A stretch of 64,000 nucleotides of DNA from positions 80,662,001 through 80,726,000 of the forward strand of contig NC_043002.1 in the NCBI RefSeq assembly GCF_006345805.1, written 5' to 3'. This DNA is from Octopus sinensis (lineage: Eukaryota). Below, in pieces: positions 25,530 to 40,435 of this stretch. The position numbers and the translations under genes are program-made. The notes beneath the pieces are model-generated. The model was not told the origin of the DNA and searched no databases. It saw only the letters and a program-made list of their open reading frames with translations. The stretch's first letter is position 1. Each line of letters begins with the position of its first letter.

Positions 25530-26090
25530 GTTAGAGAGGGAGGAGTGAGAGGGGAGAGAGGGAGAGAGAGAGAACGGAAGCTGCCTTAAAATTTTGTAAG
25601 CAGCAACATAATTAAAAAGCAATTTGAGCAACAAACAAGATGAAAGCGTTACACGTTATTTGTCAATTCGACTGTTGTCGGTTTAATTGCTGTTGTTGTT
25701 CTTATTGCTATTATTGTTTAGTCTACAAATCAACCATACCTCAAGAGATCCATGATGATGACAGTCAGTTTCACTAGGGACATTCCAATATATCCCATAT
25801 GTCCCTCGCTTTGCATGACGGCAGCGTATAATTTGAGGGCGATCTACCAGCTATTTCTCGCAATCTGAGCCACCGTACAAACTTCTCTTCGACTGAACTC
25901 CGCTTTCGCAACTAGAGATTGAGATTACTCTCATATACGACTCCCTCTAACATTATAATCCAGTGAAATATGTTACTTGATACAATGTCGCGCTACCTAA
26001 TATGGTAACTAAACTGCATTGTGTATGATATATACATATATATTATATATGTATATATATATATATGCATATATATATATATTATATATG

Positions 26091-26180
<90 letters not shown>

Positions 26181-26466
26181 TATATATATATATACAGATG
26201 TAGGTCATATGAAACACGTTACTTGTATTAATGTCACACAAACCTGATAGGTTAACTAAACTACACCCAGATGTTATGTTATATCATAGAGATTATAACA
26301 CGGCCACAACAAATAATATTAATATTTTCTCTGATATTAAGTTTTCTGCGAGCCTCCTGTCAGAGGGAACCGGTTCAAACGAATAAATGACTTTAATATC
26401 ACACAGTGCTGTTATTAAGCAATAACTGTGAATTTAATAAAGACATTACTAACACCAACGACATTG

Positions 26467-26478
26467 TTGCTGCTACTG

Positions 26479-26532
<54 letters not shown>

Positions 26533-26648
26533 TTACTACTACTACTACTACTACTAATTCTACTAGTTCTACTACTACTACTAATACTACTACTACTATT
26601 ACTACTACTGCTGCTGCTGCTACTACTACTACTACTACTACTACTATT
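26467..26648. repeat. (CTA)n/(CTG)n trinucleotide microsatellite
   Basis: Direct reading of the sequence. Confidence 0.95.
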
Positions 26649-27047
26649 GTGTATACGTCCTGTGTGTAGACGTATTGATTCTCACTCAGTCAAGACGTTC
26701 TTGCATAAAGATTTATTTATTTATTATTTATTTATTTATTTATTTACTTACTTATTTGTCAGAGAAAGTAACCATATGATCTTTGCGTGTTGCTTGTGAC
26801 TTGTGAGATCAATATAACTTATGTAATTCGTTTAACTGACAGTGAGATACTATGGATTTGAAGTGAATTTTGTTTTCAAAGACTAGGGACGTGTTATGTG
26901 TAAGATCTGGCTGGAGAAAGATACAGTTGCCGTAGACGAATGGAATTGAGATGTGGGTGTCTCATGCGAGATCAAGTCGCGTAAGCTAGAAAAAAAAGGT
27001 CCAGAGGTATAGAGGAATTTATAACTATAAACGTAGTATCTATAAAT

Positions 27048-27296
27048 CAGTGGTTCTCAACCGGGGCCCGTATGGCTCTTGGTGGTCCATATATGATTTT
27101 GTTGTTAAAATTTATCTGAAATAAATTGGTTATGCTTCTATAATTCAAAAAATATTTTGATAATTTTGTTTTATACAAATCGTTGTAATATTCAGTTGTA
27201 TTTGATTATTTAAACATCTAATTGTTATGAAGGTCTATCCGAGTAAAATTGAAATCAAAGTATCCATAGGTAAAAGAAAATGGTTGATAATCACTA
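27048..27296. mobile_element. hAT-type MITE with 8-bp target-site duplication
   Basis: TIRs CAGTGGTTCTCAACC / GGTTGATAATCACTA. Flanks CTATAAAT (27040-47) and CTGTAAAT (27297-304). Confidence 0.85.
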
Positions 27297-27719
27297 CTGT
27301 AAATGAATATGAGACACCATGTTCATCTGCCCATCAGTCAGGTAACCCTGAGTGGCTTTCGTGTGTCTTATTCAGACGGTGGGAGCAGACGCTTTGTCCC
27401 ATTTCAAGATCTCTGAGATTAGTTGAAGAAAGTAAGAAAATCATTTTCAATACAGAGATCTGACTCGTTCGAATGCTCGTAAGGCAGTGGACTCCTTAAA
27501 ATCGTCGAGGAACCGGGTGGCTGTTTGATGGTGGTGTTTACGAGGCGACAAATCATATCTACAATCCATGTAGGCTATGGGGATATTTGAACTCACAACG
27601 CCAAGACGGAGCAAATACACGCAAAGCACCCCAACGGCCGTTCTAACGATTGTAGAGTAGTCTACCACTCTTGACACCCGTCCTTCATACACATACATGC
27701 AAACATAAGCACACATACA

Positions 27720-27838
27720 CCTGGAATGGACAGGAATAACGTGAAATAAAGCATCGAACGACGCAACGTGCCGCTGAGAATCGAACGGATGATCTTACGA
27801 TCGTAGTCGACATACCACAAGGCCACACGCGTTCATCA
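27720..27838 (-). mobile_element. Degenerate SINE head (family C)
   Basis: AACGTGAAATAAA...GAATCGAAC...TTACGATCGT...GCCACACGCGTTCA parallels 35710-35820. Confidence 0.55.
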
Positions 27839-27857
27839 TTTATACACATATATATAT

Positions 27858-28260
27858 AGCCGCAGGAGTGGCTGTGTGGTAAGTAGTTTGTTTACCAACC
27901 ACATGGTTCCGGGTTCAGTCCCACTGCGTGGCACCTTGGGCAAGTGTCTTCTACTTCAACCTTGGGCCGACCAAAGCCTTGTGAGTGGATTTGGTAGACG
28001 GAAACTAAAAGAAGCCCGTCGTATATATGTATATATATGCATGTGTGTATTTGTGAGTCTGTGTTTGTCCCCCTAGCATTGCTTGACAACCGATGCTGGT
28101 GTGTTTATGTCCCCGTTACTTATCGGTTCGGCAAAAGAGACCGATAGAATAAATACTGGGCTTACAAAAGAATAAGTCCCGGGCTCGAGTTGCTCGATTA
28201 AAGGCGGTGCTCCAGCATGGCTGCAGTCAAATGACTGAAACAAGTAAAAGAGTAAAAGAG
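27858..28260 (+). mobile_element. tRNA-derived SINE, family A, full length
   Basis: A box TGGCTGTGTGG, B box GGTTCAGTCCC, internal TA/TG tract, tail GGCGGTGCTCCAGCATGGCTGCAGTCAAATGACTGAAACAAGTAAAAGAGTAAAAGAG. Confidence 0.9.
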
Positions 28261-28320
28261 TATCTATGTGTGTGTGTGTGTGTGTAAGAATGTATGTATG
28301 TATGTATATATGTATGCATG

Positions 28321-28351
<31 letters not shown>

Positions 28352-28436
28352 CTATTTATACACATATGCATATTTATATTTTATACATGCATATGTGGTC
28401 GTAATGCTTCAGTACTTGATACCATGTTGCATATTT

Positions 28437-28509
<73 letters not shown>

Positions 28510-28720
28510 GTACATATATGTGTGTGTGTATATATGTACACACACATCAATGTATGTGACCCACCACGTTATTGTTATCTACCTTACGTGTGTATTCGAA
28601 GATTCTAAAGTGGGGAAAGTTTCCCTATAAAAATGGATCTGATATTCATGTGTTTGGTTGCAATTCAATTTTCAGTTAAGAGAAATCAAGGAGTTATAAA
28701 GAAATTATTATCTTCAGCGC

Positions 28721-28771
<51 letters not shown>

Positions 28772-29412
28772 TAATAATAATAATATAATAATAATAATTG
28801 TGTACAGTGCTCAGGTGCACTACAACTCATCTAAAGTGTATATATAATCAGGTGTAGTTTCGTCGGATTTCGGAAAGCATGAGGGCCTTAAAGGATGCAG
28901 TGTCATGGCAGTCAACAACTGACGCAGGCAGTTTATTCCATGCTTCAGCAACTCTGAGCGTGAAAAAATGTTTCCGAAAGTCATGGGAGCCGTGTTGTTT
29001 TCTGACTTTGTAGGCATGTCCACGTGTGTTAGACACATGGAGATCAAAAAGGTGTTCAGTGTTGTTGTTGGTGAGGTGGTTGATAATTTTTTGAGTGTTT
29101 ACCAAGTCCGTCGCCAGACGCCGGAGCTTCAGTGAATCCATGCCCAGGGAAACAAGGCGCTCAGAATATGGTAGGTGTCTGATGGAGGGTATGCGTTTGG
29201 TTGCACGTCTCTGGACAGATTCCAGGAGGTCAATGTTCTGAGCAAGATAGGGGTTCCAAACTGATGATGCGAATTCCAAGTGTGGTCGTACCATAGCTGT
29301 ATACAGTTCTAAATAGATGGCTGGAGAGCGGCTAACAAAAGTCTTGCTGAGTGATGCCAAGACACCCTCGGCCTTCTTGACAATTTTAGAGATATGCTTT
29401 GTCCAACACAAG
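28721..29412 (-). mobile_element. CR1-clade LINE 3' end (second family) with (ATT)n tail
   Basis: Open 187-aa frame WTKHISKIVKKA...LYTAMVRPHLEFASSVWNPY...LESVQRRATK...YSERL...TRGH...RKHFFTLRVAEAWNKLP is a classic CR1 ORF2 C-terminus. A short 3'UTR precedes (ATT)n at 28721-28797. Confidence 0.92.
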
Positions 29413-29424
29413 ATATCTTTTGTG

Positions 29425-29669
29425 TTTTAATTGTTTTAATCATTAGACTACGACCATGCTGGGGCAAAGTCTTGAAAAATGTTTAATAGAATAAATCGAC
29501 CCCAATATTTTTTTTTTAATCTTCGGACTTATTCTTCCGGACGTTTAGCTGAGCTGCTAAGTTACGGGAAAAGAAACACACCAACACAGGTAGCCAATCG
29601 GTAGTAGGGAAGAAACACAAACACAAAAAACATACATAGATACTCACACTCACACGCACACATAAATAA

Positions 29670-29700
<31 letters not shown>

Positions 29701-29754
29701 CACACACTCACACACACACACACACATACACATACATATATATATACATATATA

Positions 29755-29806
<52 letters not shown>

Positions 29807-30140
29807 GTATATATATACATACATATATATATATATATATAATATATATATATATGTATATATATACATACAATGGCCCAGTGGTTAGGGCAGCGGAATC
29901 GCGGTTTCGATTCCCAGACCAGATGTTGTGAGTGTTTATTGAGCGAAAAAACACCTAAAGCTCCGGCAGGGGGGGGGGCGATCCCTTTCGCCACAACTTT
30001 CTCTCACTCTTTCTTCTGTTGGCTTGCTCGCTTAGCCAGCGGGGTGGCGTCATTTGAAGGCTAAAACAATACGAAGCGCATTGTGACCAGCGATGTGTAG
30101 CAATATCTGATAGTCTGGTCGGTCACGGTGATCACAGTGA

Positions 30141-30181
<41 letters not shown>

Positions 30182-30192
30182 TATATAATATA

Positions 30193-30235
<43 letters not shown>

Positions 30236-30385
30236 GGCGGGTTTCTTTCCATTTCTGTCTACTAAATCCACTCGCAAGGCTTTGGGCGGCCCGAAACTAT
30301 AGCAGAAAGGTGCCACGCAGTGGGTCTGAACCCGGATTCATGTCTTTGGGAAGCAAGCTTCTTACCATACAGCTACATCTGTGCA
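29425..30385 (-). mobile_element. SINE family A copy split by microsatellite expansion and a nested SINE
   Basis: Head at 30234-30385 and tail at 29425-29640 on the minus strand, both homologous to 27858-28260. Confidence 0.7.
29871..30141 (+). mobile_element. tRNA-derived SINE, family D (nested in family A copy)
   Basis: CAATGGCCCAGTGGTTAGGGCAGCGG...GGTTTCGATTCCCAGACC head, shared with 41866. Tail ends GGTCGGTCACGGTGATCACAGTGA. Confidence 0.8.
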
Positions 30386-32702
30386 TATATTTACAGTAAT
30401 ATTTAGAGAAAATATTTTTGAAAATACAACGAGAGAACATTGTTTCGCTTCAACATTTTATCGAGTTATCATCTCGAGCAAGTTGTCATTTCGTGGTTTT
30501 GTCATTGTGAGTTTCAATACGATTCTATATCATTTCTAAAAACTTCGACATACAGTTAGTTTAGCAACCTAGACTATTGTTTTGATTTCTTCACGGATTT
30601 CCAAGTTCTCCAAAATTAACGATCACGTTTTGTGAAACAGAGTTCATATCTTTAATTGACATTTTGTTGAAAGCAAAATTTTGATGATATAACATAACAA
30701 AGCTTTTTCCAAAAGTCCATAAAGTGGGACCTCCCTTCTTCTCCATGACTTTGATAAATATTTCAAATGCCTCTCACAAAAAATATTCCTCAAAACTTGA
30801 AATAATCTCCGGTTATTAGATTACTTTTTGACTGCATAAAACAAAGTTATAACGCAGGAACATTGTTCGTTTTGCCCCTGCGTTATTGTTTTACGTCAGA
30901 GATGAAATGATGAGAAAACCAAGCTTCAAAAGTTGAAGTTCCAATAAAAATGTTTGTGTTGGATTTCCATATAGTTTGGAAATTATATTTCATTATATTT
31001 TCAGATTTTTTTTCCTGAGCTATAAAGGGCAATGAGTTTGAGTATGCAGCCTGCACTTGTATTGTCAGCAGGTATTAAAGTTAGGCGATTTTTGACACTT
31101 TTAATCTAAGCCAGTCATCAGCAAACTGCTGGACATTCTGAATGACACTCTTCACGAAAAGTTACATTTAAACATTTTAGATGTGCGGCCCGCATCATGA
31201 TGAGCGATGTCTTATACTGCACATTTCTCGAAAACGGTTTGTTCTAGACATTGATGATACTTCTTGGAAATTCTCGAAAAGAACGTTATCTTCTCTTCAT
31301 CGAAGATTGAGTAGGCATAATTTTCCTTTAATAATTTTCCATAATTTTTCTTCTAAGTTATGATGGGGGTGAGGATTTCGCCGGTTCATCATGGGTGCTG
31401 TCTGTTATTCCAAGTAATTTTAACTTATGCAAATCTGCTCTCTTCTTATAGCAGACAAACAATTCTTTACTTGCACCAATAGTTTCTGTGCTGTATTTTT
31501 CATTACAAAAGCTAAACAAAAACATATAAACGCATTTTATCGTAACTTATGTACACGTGTTATAGTAAGAATCAGAGATATTTCATTTCTGTATTTGATC
31601 ACTAATTTATGCTACCAAAATCTTCTCCATTTGAGGAATGATACTATCTTCTTTAGTGTTTGGCCAAGTAGATTCCATGAAGTGTGCATTCTTGACTTTT
31701 ATCGAATTCTTTCGTTTTCGAAATTGTACAGACAGTTGAAGAATTCAGGCAATATAACAGATGTTCTAGCGGTATTTGGGGTTTGATGTTATCTTAAAAT
31801 TTCATACATTTGTTGCTCTAAAGTTGCGAGTCTTGTGAGATTTTTCTTTTATGCTTCAGTCGTATATTTCTTTTCGGCACGTTGAAATAACAAAGGGTGT
31901 CAAATAATTTTAATGACAACACAAAGACATTAACAGTAAAATGGAAGTTGTCTATGATACAGTGTCAAGTTCATTTCCTGCCAACAGAATACTGCGCTGA
32001 ATTGAGCAAGGGGGATAGAGTGTTTCAACATGCATCAACTTATTTTAATCCCAAACTCAACCGACAGGCGTATCCATCCGCTCCGACATCGGTTTCAAGC
32101 GGAATGCTTTGAGTGAGGCACAAATGAAACGAACAAAGAATAATTTTATAAAATTGTTTTGGTTCAGAATGTTTATCAAAACGCATGCCTTTGACATATG
32201 TATGGTTACACAGATGTATTTTGATTTATAAATGTATGTATGCATACGTACTGTATGTTACTTTAAAAGAACGTCTTAAATATCTTAAGTGTTTGAAACT
32301 ATATTCATTCATGGCTGGGTTTTTCGTGTAGCGCTCATCTCAAGTTTGTCAATGGATAACTTAGTTAAACCCTGTAATTACAAGGACTTTTCCATATAGA
32401 TTTATTGTCATCGCCATAACTTTGTAAATTTCACAGTAGTACGCGACACTTTACCTGCATATGAGCGTATACCTACATACGTATATACATGCATACATAC
32501 GTCCATACATACATACATACATACATCATACATACATACATACATACATACATACATACATACATACATACATACATACATACATACGTACGTAATACAT
32601 ATATACATACACACATGCGAGCGTACACATGTTTGTGTGTGTGTGTGAGTGCCTGTACACATGTATATAGATGTACACACACACACGCGCACACACACAT
32701 AT

Positions 32703-32741
<39 letters not shown>

Positions 32742-33009
32742 TAAATATTCAAGTGTTGGGTATGTTCCAAGTAGTACGCCGATAAAGAATATTCCCTGTC
32801 TATGGCCATCTGGTGTCATCCACGCTGGATCTACTTCAAGGAATCCTGAGTATACGTTGAGCATAAAACAAACGATAGAGACTGAAAACTGAATACACGG
32901 GGAACTTTAATGTTCACAGCGATCGTTTCGACATATCGTGCATCGATCCCTGGTCTATATATACTAGTTGCATTCCAGAAGCTGGAGAGACATGTATTAA
33001 TTAATTTCA

Positions 33010-34020
33010 AGGACATGCAAAGCCCTAATCTCCCTTAAATTAAAACCCTCTAACTACAATGTACTTGCTGTAGCGCCCCACTGTGGAAAGCTTCAAAAAT
33101 GAAGGTGTCGTGAACCCTTGTCATAACCTCCAATGCCTTCAAAAAGACAGCCCCCTGAAATTTCCCATCAGCTTGGAGAACAACCAAATGTAACTGGGAG
33201 CAAAGCCTTGGCTGTAGCAAGAGCGTGGGGGCAATTTTGATACATATCTCTGTCAAGTAGCTGGTCACCAGAATGGAATGTGGACTGGTGCATTGTCCTG
33301 GTGCAGGTGCCACCGACCCGAGTGGAGGAGCTCTGGTTTTTGTGATGAAACCTCTGAACTCCCGCAAAACGTTCCCTAAGTACTTCTTTTTGATCTAACG
33401 GCCAGAGGGAACTCAGTGGATATAGCTAATGGCCTGCCAGTCGAAAAAGGAGATCGTCATGAGCTACCCGTCGAACTTGAGTCTACGGGATAGGCAAGAT
33501 GTGCCCATCGGGCTCTCTGTCTCTCTATCATAACAATAAATCGATCTTTCTTCACAAGTTACCAGATACTCTAGTACTCTTTCATTAGCGTCAATGAGCT
33601 CAACAATCTCACCAAAGTCAAAAACTTGTCTTTCCTTCTGTTCGTCAAGGAGCGCTATGGGAACAAACTTTGCACAAATTTAGCGCACATTCAGGGCTTC
33701 ATGCATAATTCTGTGAAAAGTTGCCACATCAACTTTAAACTGTGTGTTAATCGCCTTTTTAGACGCACTAAAATCTTGATCCAGAAAAAATTGAGAATTT
33801 TCTCAACCAGTTGTGATGTTCTGACGCACCTCTCTATCTCATAACTCTCATTAACTCTCACATCCTCCCACCGTTATTAAACCTCTTGCGCTGGCACTAA
33901 CTGATGCTCAGCTCATGCAAGTTAATCCCAAAGTAATTTAGAGCGTTTCATAATTCTCTGTAGTGATTTCTCCAGTTTAACACAAAACTTTATCGTATAG
34001 CGAGTTTCCAAATTGTCTCC
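33010..34020 (-). mobile_element. mariner-like transposase pseudogene
   Basis: Minus-strand remnants RYTIKFCVKLEKS (HTH start), VTCEERSIYCYD (first catalytic D region), HQDNAPVH, and a degenerate YSPDLAP..WLF segment. Many frameshifts, TIRs not resolved. Confidence 0.75.
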
Positions 34021-34275
34021 ACGTCTGCAAACTAGTCGATTGCGACAAGCTGCGTTTACTAGGGTGTGTTCAAAAGGCTGTTACAGCCGCTTCCATCAAT
34101 CTGTGACACAAAGTTGGTAGGTCAGCTTGTTATATGTACAGTAATAATATACTAAAATTACAATAATCTAAGACAGCTATAACTGTTTCCCCTAACATCT
34201 CAAGACTTCTGGAATGCTTATCTGTATGTGTGTGATTGAGTGTATATATAATATATATATATATATATTATATAT

Positions 34276-34363
<88 letters not shown>

Positions 34364-34686
34364 ATGTATGTATGTATGTATGTATGTATGTATGTATGTA
34401 TGTATGGTAACGACCGGAAGAAAAAAAAAGCTCAATAACGGGAACAGAATTTAATTTAATTCGATTAGTGGAAATCAAACTGACTAAGTCAGTCAAACAC
34501 CATTGGCTAAATATATAAGAATAATAGGCGCCTTTCTTCAGTCAAGCATGGTTGACTAAGGACACAGTCGACTACTACTCCTTATTGAAACTGACAGGTT
34601 TATTCGGTTTTAATATTGGCTGACCATATTAAATTTTGTGTGTGTGTGTGCGTGTCTTTATATAGATACATATATATGTATATATA

Positions 34687-34742
<56 letters not shown>

Positions 34743-34936
34743 GTATATACGTATATTTGTATGATATATACATATATATGTATAACTATAAATATACATA
34801 AGCACACATACACGCACAGGCGCAAACACGCATACACACAGATATATAGATATTTAATACATACATAGATAGACAGATATATAAATAGATTAAGCGATTC
34901 AGAGATAGTTAGAAAGATAAAATGTTAGATAGATAT

Positions 34937-35034
<98 letters not shown>

Positions 35035-35349
35035 TGATAGATAGATAGATGGATGGCTAGATAGGTAGACAGAAAACAGACAGACAGATAGATAGATAGA
35101 TAGATTTGATGAAAATTAATAAACACATAACGGGCACAAAGTGACTACACACAAGTCAATATGAAACATCTTTATTGATATAGGTGTTATATGACGACTG
35201 CATAATAACTGATGGAACATCTTTCATATAAAATATGTAGCATCTTGTTGACCAAGGGTTAAGCAACTACGACAATAACAAACACAACACATCGCCGAAT
35301 CAATGAAACGGTTCTTCTGAGACCTACAAGTAAATCAGTAACTAGCAAG

Positions 35350-35820
35350 CCTTCGGTTTACGACGACGAGGTTTTCGATCAAATGTATGGGTTGCTGGAG
35401 TAATTAACGTGCGAGTAGCCGAACACTCCAAAGACAGGAGCCGTTCAAGAATTTGGACCTGGAAATCTCCATTTTCAGCGACTTCGTGGGCCACCTTGAC
35501 TAAAACAAGACGACCAAAGTTTTTTTTCCAAGGTCTGGGGTCTCCTGCCCCTAAGCCCTAGACCACCACCTAATCACCCTTACCAGTCTTGCTGCTTAAC
35601 AACAATAACAATCCAGAGACAGGGAAATTCAGCGTGACAAAGAGTGTGACAAGGTTGGCCCTTCGAAAAACAGGTACAATTCATTTTTGTCAGCTGAGTG
35701 GAGTAGAACAACGTGAAATAAAATGTGTTGCTCAAGAAAACAGCGCACCGCCGTGTATCGAACTCACAGCCTAACGATCTTGAGTCGAATATTCTAACCC
35801 CGTTGCCACACGCCTTCACT
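35350..35820 (-). mobile_element. tRNA-derived SINE, family C, with internal interruption
   Basis: Minus strand GTGAAGGCGTGTGGCAACGGGGTTAGAATATTCGACTCAAGATCGTTAGGCTGTGAGTTCGATAC (A/B boxes), followed by TTGAGCAACACATTTTATTTCACGTTG..CCACTCAGCTG. Confidence 0.75.
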
Positions 35821-37044
35821 AAGAAATGAAGTAGGTTATTGACCGCAATCCAAAAACTACGATTTTCTTTTTAAAAAATGGAGTTCCCGATATTGCGGAT
35901 AATATAATACACTAAGGATGAACAAAATATGGCGTTGCAGCTACTTCAACGTCATATGATCAAAGGTTTCCTCGTTCAGGTTGTCTAGTACTAAACAACA
36001 GCAGCAATGGTGTCTTTACATCAATGCTGTTGTATCGAATGTTAACTGTTTGATTCAGTTGAAATTATGTAAAAGATTATAACATTGATACAGTATGGCA
36101 TAGCGCTTAATAAGCTTCAGATTTTAAATTACTTTATCGATGTATTTAATGCTAATCGTATGATATTTGATCTTCTTTATTACTCTAATTACATAGCAGA
36201 TGCATTTACATATTTGAGTGGCGATACTTATTTGTTGAATTCACATTCAGAAAGAGAGAAATGTCAATAGTAATTACTCCCCGACATTAAGAACAACGAG
36301 GAATGAAAAGAGATAAATTATGAGGTTGTATGAGGAAAACTTTTAGTTTTACACATTTCTCAATGAAACATACGATGGGAATGTTCTGGAAAACCTGCTG
36401 CTGCTGCCACTGCGTCTGCCAAGAACACGGCTGCTAAATTAGAAAATGTAATAAAGTGAGAAACGCTAACTGGGTGTTCGTTAGTGGTATCTCCATTTTT
36501 GATATTTTCATATACTGTTTCATAATTGAACCATAATTATATTACGCGTGTGTGCTCCCATACATGTATCTGCATATGTCTATACTGGTATGCGTATGAT
36601 GACTGGTTTCCTAAATATACGGGAAAAGAGTAGAGGGGCGGATACATAAACGAAGAGCTAGATAAAGATGTAAATATTTATATATAGATAGATATATGGA
36701 TTTATAAGTAGATGTAGTGTTAGAAAGAAAACACTTCTGCGCACATATATACGTATATACATATATATGTGTATGTGTATGTAGTGCCTGCGTTAGTATA
36801 TGTACGCATATCTATATGTATGTATATATATATACATATATGTGTGTGTATATATGTATGAGTTTGTGTGTATATGTATGATGTATGAATACATATACAT
36901 GTCCATACAAACACTGATCAAATATATGAGAAAAGTGAAAGAACCTTTTAAGAAAAGTGGAAGGTATTAGATAATTATGCGAGAAATATCTGCATAATCA
37001 ACGTAAAATATTTATAAATAAGTGAAGCATTTACTTCTTGGAAA

Positions 37045-37295
37045 TCTATTATATAAAATCCGTTCAGTGTGTGTGTGTGTAGTGTGTGTGTGTGTGTGTG
37101 TGTGTGCCTTCTAGGATCTCGGGCATTCTCCATCCGATTGCGCTCAATCAGGGCGTCTATAAATCCTGAAAAAATTACAGAAATCGATTCCAGGTGAGAA
37201 ATGCGATCGATAAAGCCGTGGGAAAATCGTTTTTTTTGGAATAGAAAAAAGTCTATCTTTATTTCTTCTTTTGCTGGTGTCTCAAATTTAGGTTA
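37045..37295 (+). mobile_element. Probable non-autonomous Helitron-type 5' end
   Basis: TCTATTATATAAAATCCGTTCAG(TG)n...TCCATCCGATTGCGCTCAA has the same TC-TATATAAAA-(TG)n layout as the start at 3886. No coding remnant. Confidence 0.45.
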
Positions 37296-37439
37296 AATCA
37301 GTGTTTCTCAAAGGGGACGCCTATGGAACGGTCGGACAAGTTGTTTTGAGAAAATTTGGTTTAAATGTTTGACAGCTCAGCACCGTCCATTGGACGGGGG
37401 TGCGTTTTACTCGTGTATATATATATATATATATATATA

Positions 37440-37488
37440 TTTTACTTGTTTCAGTCATTTGACTGCGGCCATGCTGGGGCACCGCCAA
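37440..37488 (-). mobile_element. Isolated SINE family A 3' tail
   Basis: Reverse complement reads GGCGGTGCCCCAGCATGGCCGCAGTCAAATGACTGAAACAAGTAAA. Confidence 0.8.
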
Positions 37489-37897
37489 ATAAATCTTCAG
37501 TGATGGGATTCCTTTCATGGAATGAAGAAAATTAAAACATTGGCACTATTCAGCTAAGTACTGTTAGGAATCGTAGATAATAGCGAAGCATTTTGCAACC
37601 ACATTCTTTGACTCCTATCAGCCACAGAGTCCCCGAAACTTGTACGCTTCTCGAGGAATGGCAGACATATTCCTAGCCACTAACATGGTGCTCAATACAA
37701 GACTAATCGTGTTCTTGTAATTTGTGAAACGTTGCCCGAGAACGAAATTCTTCCTTATATATTGGATGGAAAAAGTAATATATTATGTATAGAATTTTGT
37801 TATTCTATACTCAATTTATTCTTGAATTGGGATACAATTCATTCTTTAAATGAGAAAAAAATTCTGAATTCATAATGAATAATAATAATAATAATAA

Positions 37898-37986
<89 letters not shown>

Positions 37987-37989
37987 GTG

Positions 37990-40380
37990 TAAAATAACAT
38001 TTACCACTTTTATGGAAGGAGATAAATTCTACCTCATATGCTGAAGGAAAATACGTCAGAGCATCTGGGTAAACAACATTCTTTGTTTTCCAGTTTGAAG
38101 TATAGACAAGTAAGTCTTGCAAACTACCAACCGTGGAGCAACCATGAGGAAAGTGAGGCTCAATTAAGTGTAAGCCAGTAGATTTCATAATTTGTCATTG
38201 AGCTTTAGTAATAGACATTGCGAAGCAAAGACGCACTGGGAATTGTCTTCGTTTGAATTCAAATGGCATGTCTGTTGGCTTGAATGGAATTCTTAGAATG
38301 AAAATCTCTTCCCCAGAGGCACATCCAGTGATGATAGTAGCTTCTATCACATTAGATGATAATGTTTTCACAAACAACCTTGTCTCATTGCATAACTGAA
38401 GAGGATCTAAATTTCATAGAATCATTATTAGGACTCCTGCCATTAGAAAAAGTTTGTGTGGAGTTCTGCCAGGTGGCTCAAGAGAATTAAGGAATTCTGG
38501 TGTGTAATGGACAGCTTGATTTTCTTCAAGGACTGAATCAACTGATTTGTACTCTATAATGACTTTTGGAATCTTTTTCATTAATTCATGGTTAATTCTT
38601 GCTACTCTCTCATTTTTTGGAGCAAGAATTACCGTCACACAACCATTTATGTGAATTATGATTATTTCTTAAGTCTCGAAATACCCTATTCTTCAATTCA
38701 GCTTGGGGATTCCCCATGATAGCAATATGAGCCAAACTGATATCACCATTCCCATCAAATGGTATTTTCCTATTTCCTAATAGGAGGAGCCAGGTTGAAA
38801 ACTGTTCTGCTCATTGGACCCCATGTAATAAATATCACATGTAATTATTGAAGCAAAATTTCTGTATTTTATTTCATACGTGTGAAAATTTAATACATGC
38901 TTTTATTTCATCAGATACTGTTCATCTCGGAATGACTGCATCCTTTAAGTCCTCAGCCATGACCTCAAAATGTTTCATCCAAAGCTGTAGGGGACTGCCA
39001 ATTTAACACATATTCAGTATAACTGCAAACAGGTTGCGGAGTTTCCTTGGAGAATCTGATACTGATGCTGCAATCAATGAACGGTCCCAATGTTCATCAT
39101 TTTCTAAAAAAAACCTTGTCGATAGCATGCTTCCCCTATAAATTTCACACACATGACCATTTACCCTCCTCGAATCTTGGAATGATCTGAGATCACGTAC
39201 TTCATGCAAAATGGGCTGTAAATAGTAGCATCCTGCTTGGCTTGGGTGGGCACTGTAAACTCTAGCAAGACTGTCGGCCTCACGTTTCTCCTTGTGCTAT
39301 TTATTTTTTCTCCAGATGTAGTACTTCGGTAGTTGTGGGTAAAGGAGTTTTCCAGCATTTTCATCTACTTGCCACAACTTTAAAATGGCAGTTAGGGTAG
39401 TTTCTTTTGGAGGAAGTGCCTGTTGCAAGGCAGTTTGTTTTGTAAAGATAACCCTATGGCCATTCTCTAGATGGACACTCAGATGAATAATGGCTGGGTG
39501 TCTCTCATGAATGGGAAAATTGAAGATGCTCCAAAAAGCTTATTGGTACTGATGTATCTTCCTCTGTCATACTGTGCATCTTCGTCATTTTTATTTAAAT
39601 GTTGACTGCCCTATCTGCATAAGAGTGTATGTTGCAGCATCTAATCCTTTGTTTATACATTAGCAAACCTACTTAATAAGGTCAAGAGTTGCAGAATTCA
39701 ACATTGACTCTGGCTACCTGTACTCGTCTAGCTTCACTGTAGAATACTGATCATTTTAATCTACTCCATCTCCTCTTGTAGAGCGTGAGAATATTGTTCT
39801 GGGGAATATTTTTGAAAATTAAAATGTGGCTTAAATGATAAAATAAGTTACGTGAATATCTTCACAGGAGTGATTGAAATAATTGGCAATTGTGGAACGC
39901 CGTACGCACACAAACACACACATACATACGTACAGTATCAAACAGCAGATGAAACAGTTGTGTGTGAGAGAGAGAGCCACTTAGAGATCACTCTCTTTCT
40001 CTCTCTTATGCACACACGCACACATACATAAAAAGGTATGCATATGTATTAGTGTATGTACGTATACATGACACCACACCCCTGCATTCTCTCTCTCTCT
40101 CTCACATATACATACATAAATGTATACAAACGTACATACAAGGAGCCACGTGTGCGTATGTGACTGACTACAAATACATAGAGTTGAACACGGCGCGCAA
40201 CAAGTAAAAATTTGTAGTGGGAATTTAAGAAGTGGGCGGGTTCAAGCGAAAGAATGCACATATTTTTTCGGACGGTCTATGTTGAATTGCTAAATTCTGA
40301 TGTGATATTTGTGTAATAACGAAATCAAACCTGGTGTGTATGAGTGTTTCTTTTTGAGCGACAGTGTTTGTGTGTCTGTG

Positions 40381-40435
<55 letters not shown>

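Noticed and set aside
26406-26799. Poly-Thr (mucin-like) and poly-Leu ORFs
   Set aside because: Simple (CTA)n microsatellite.
30400-31900. Possible decayed hAT or other transposase sequence
   Set aside because: Only weak terminal-like words (GTGCGGCCCGC, CAGTCATCAGCAAACTG) and no readable protein motif.
32890-32960. GAAACGATCG half of a hammerhead on the minus strand
   Set aside because: No CUGANGA core upstream.
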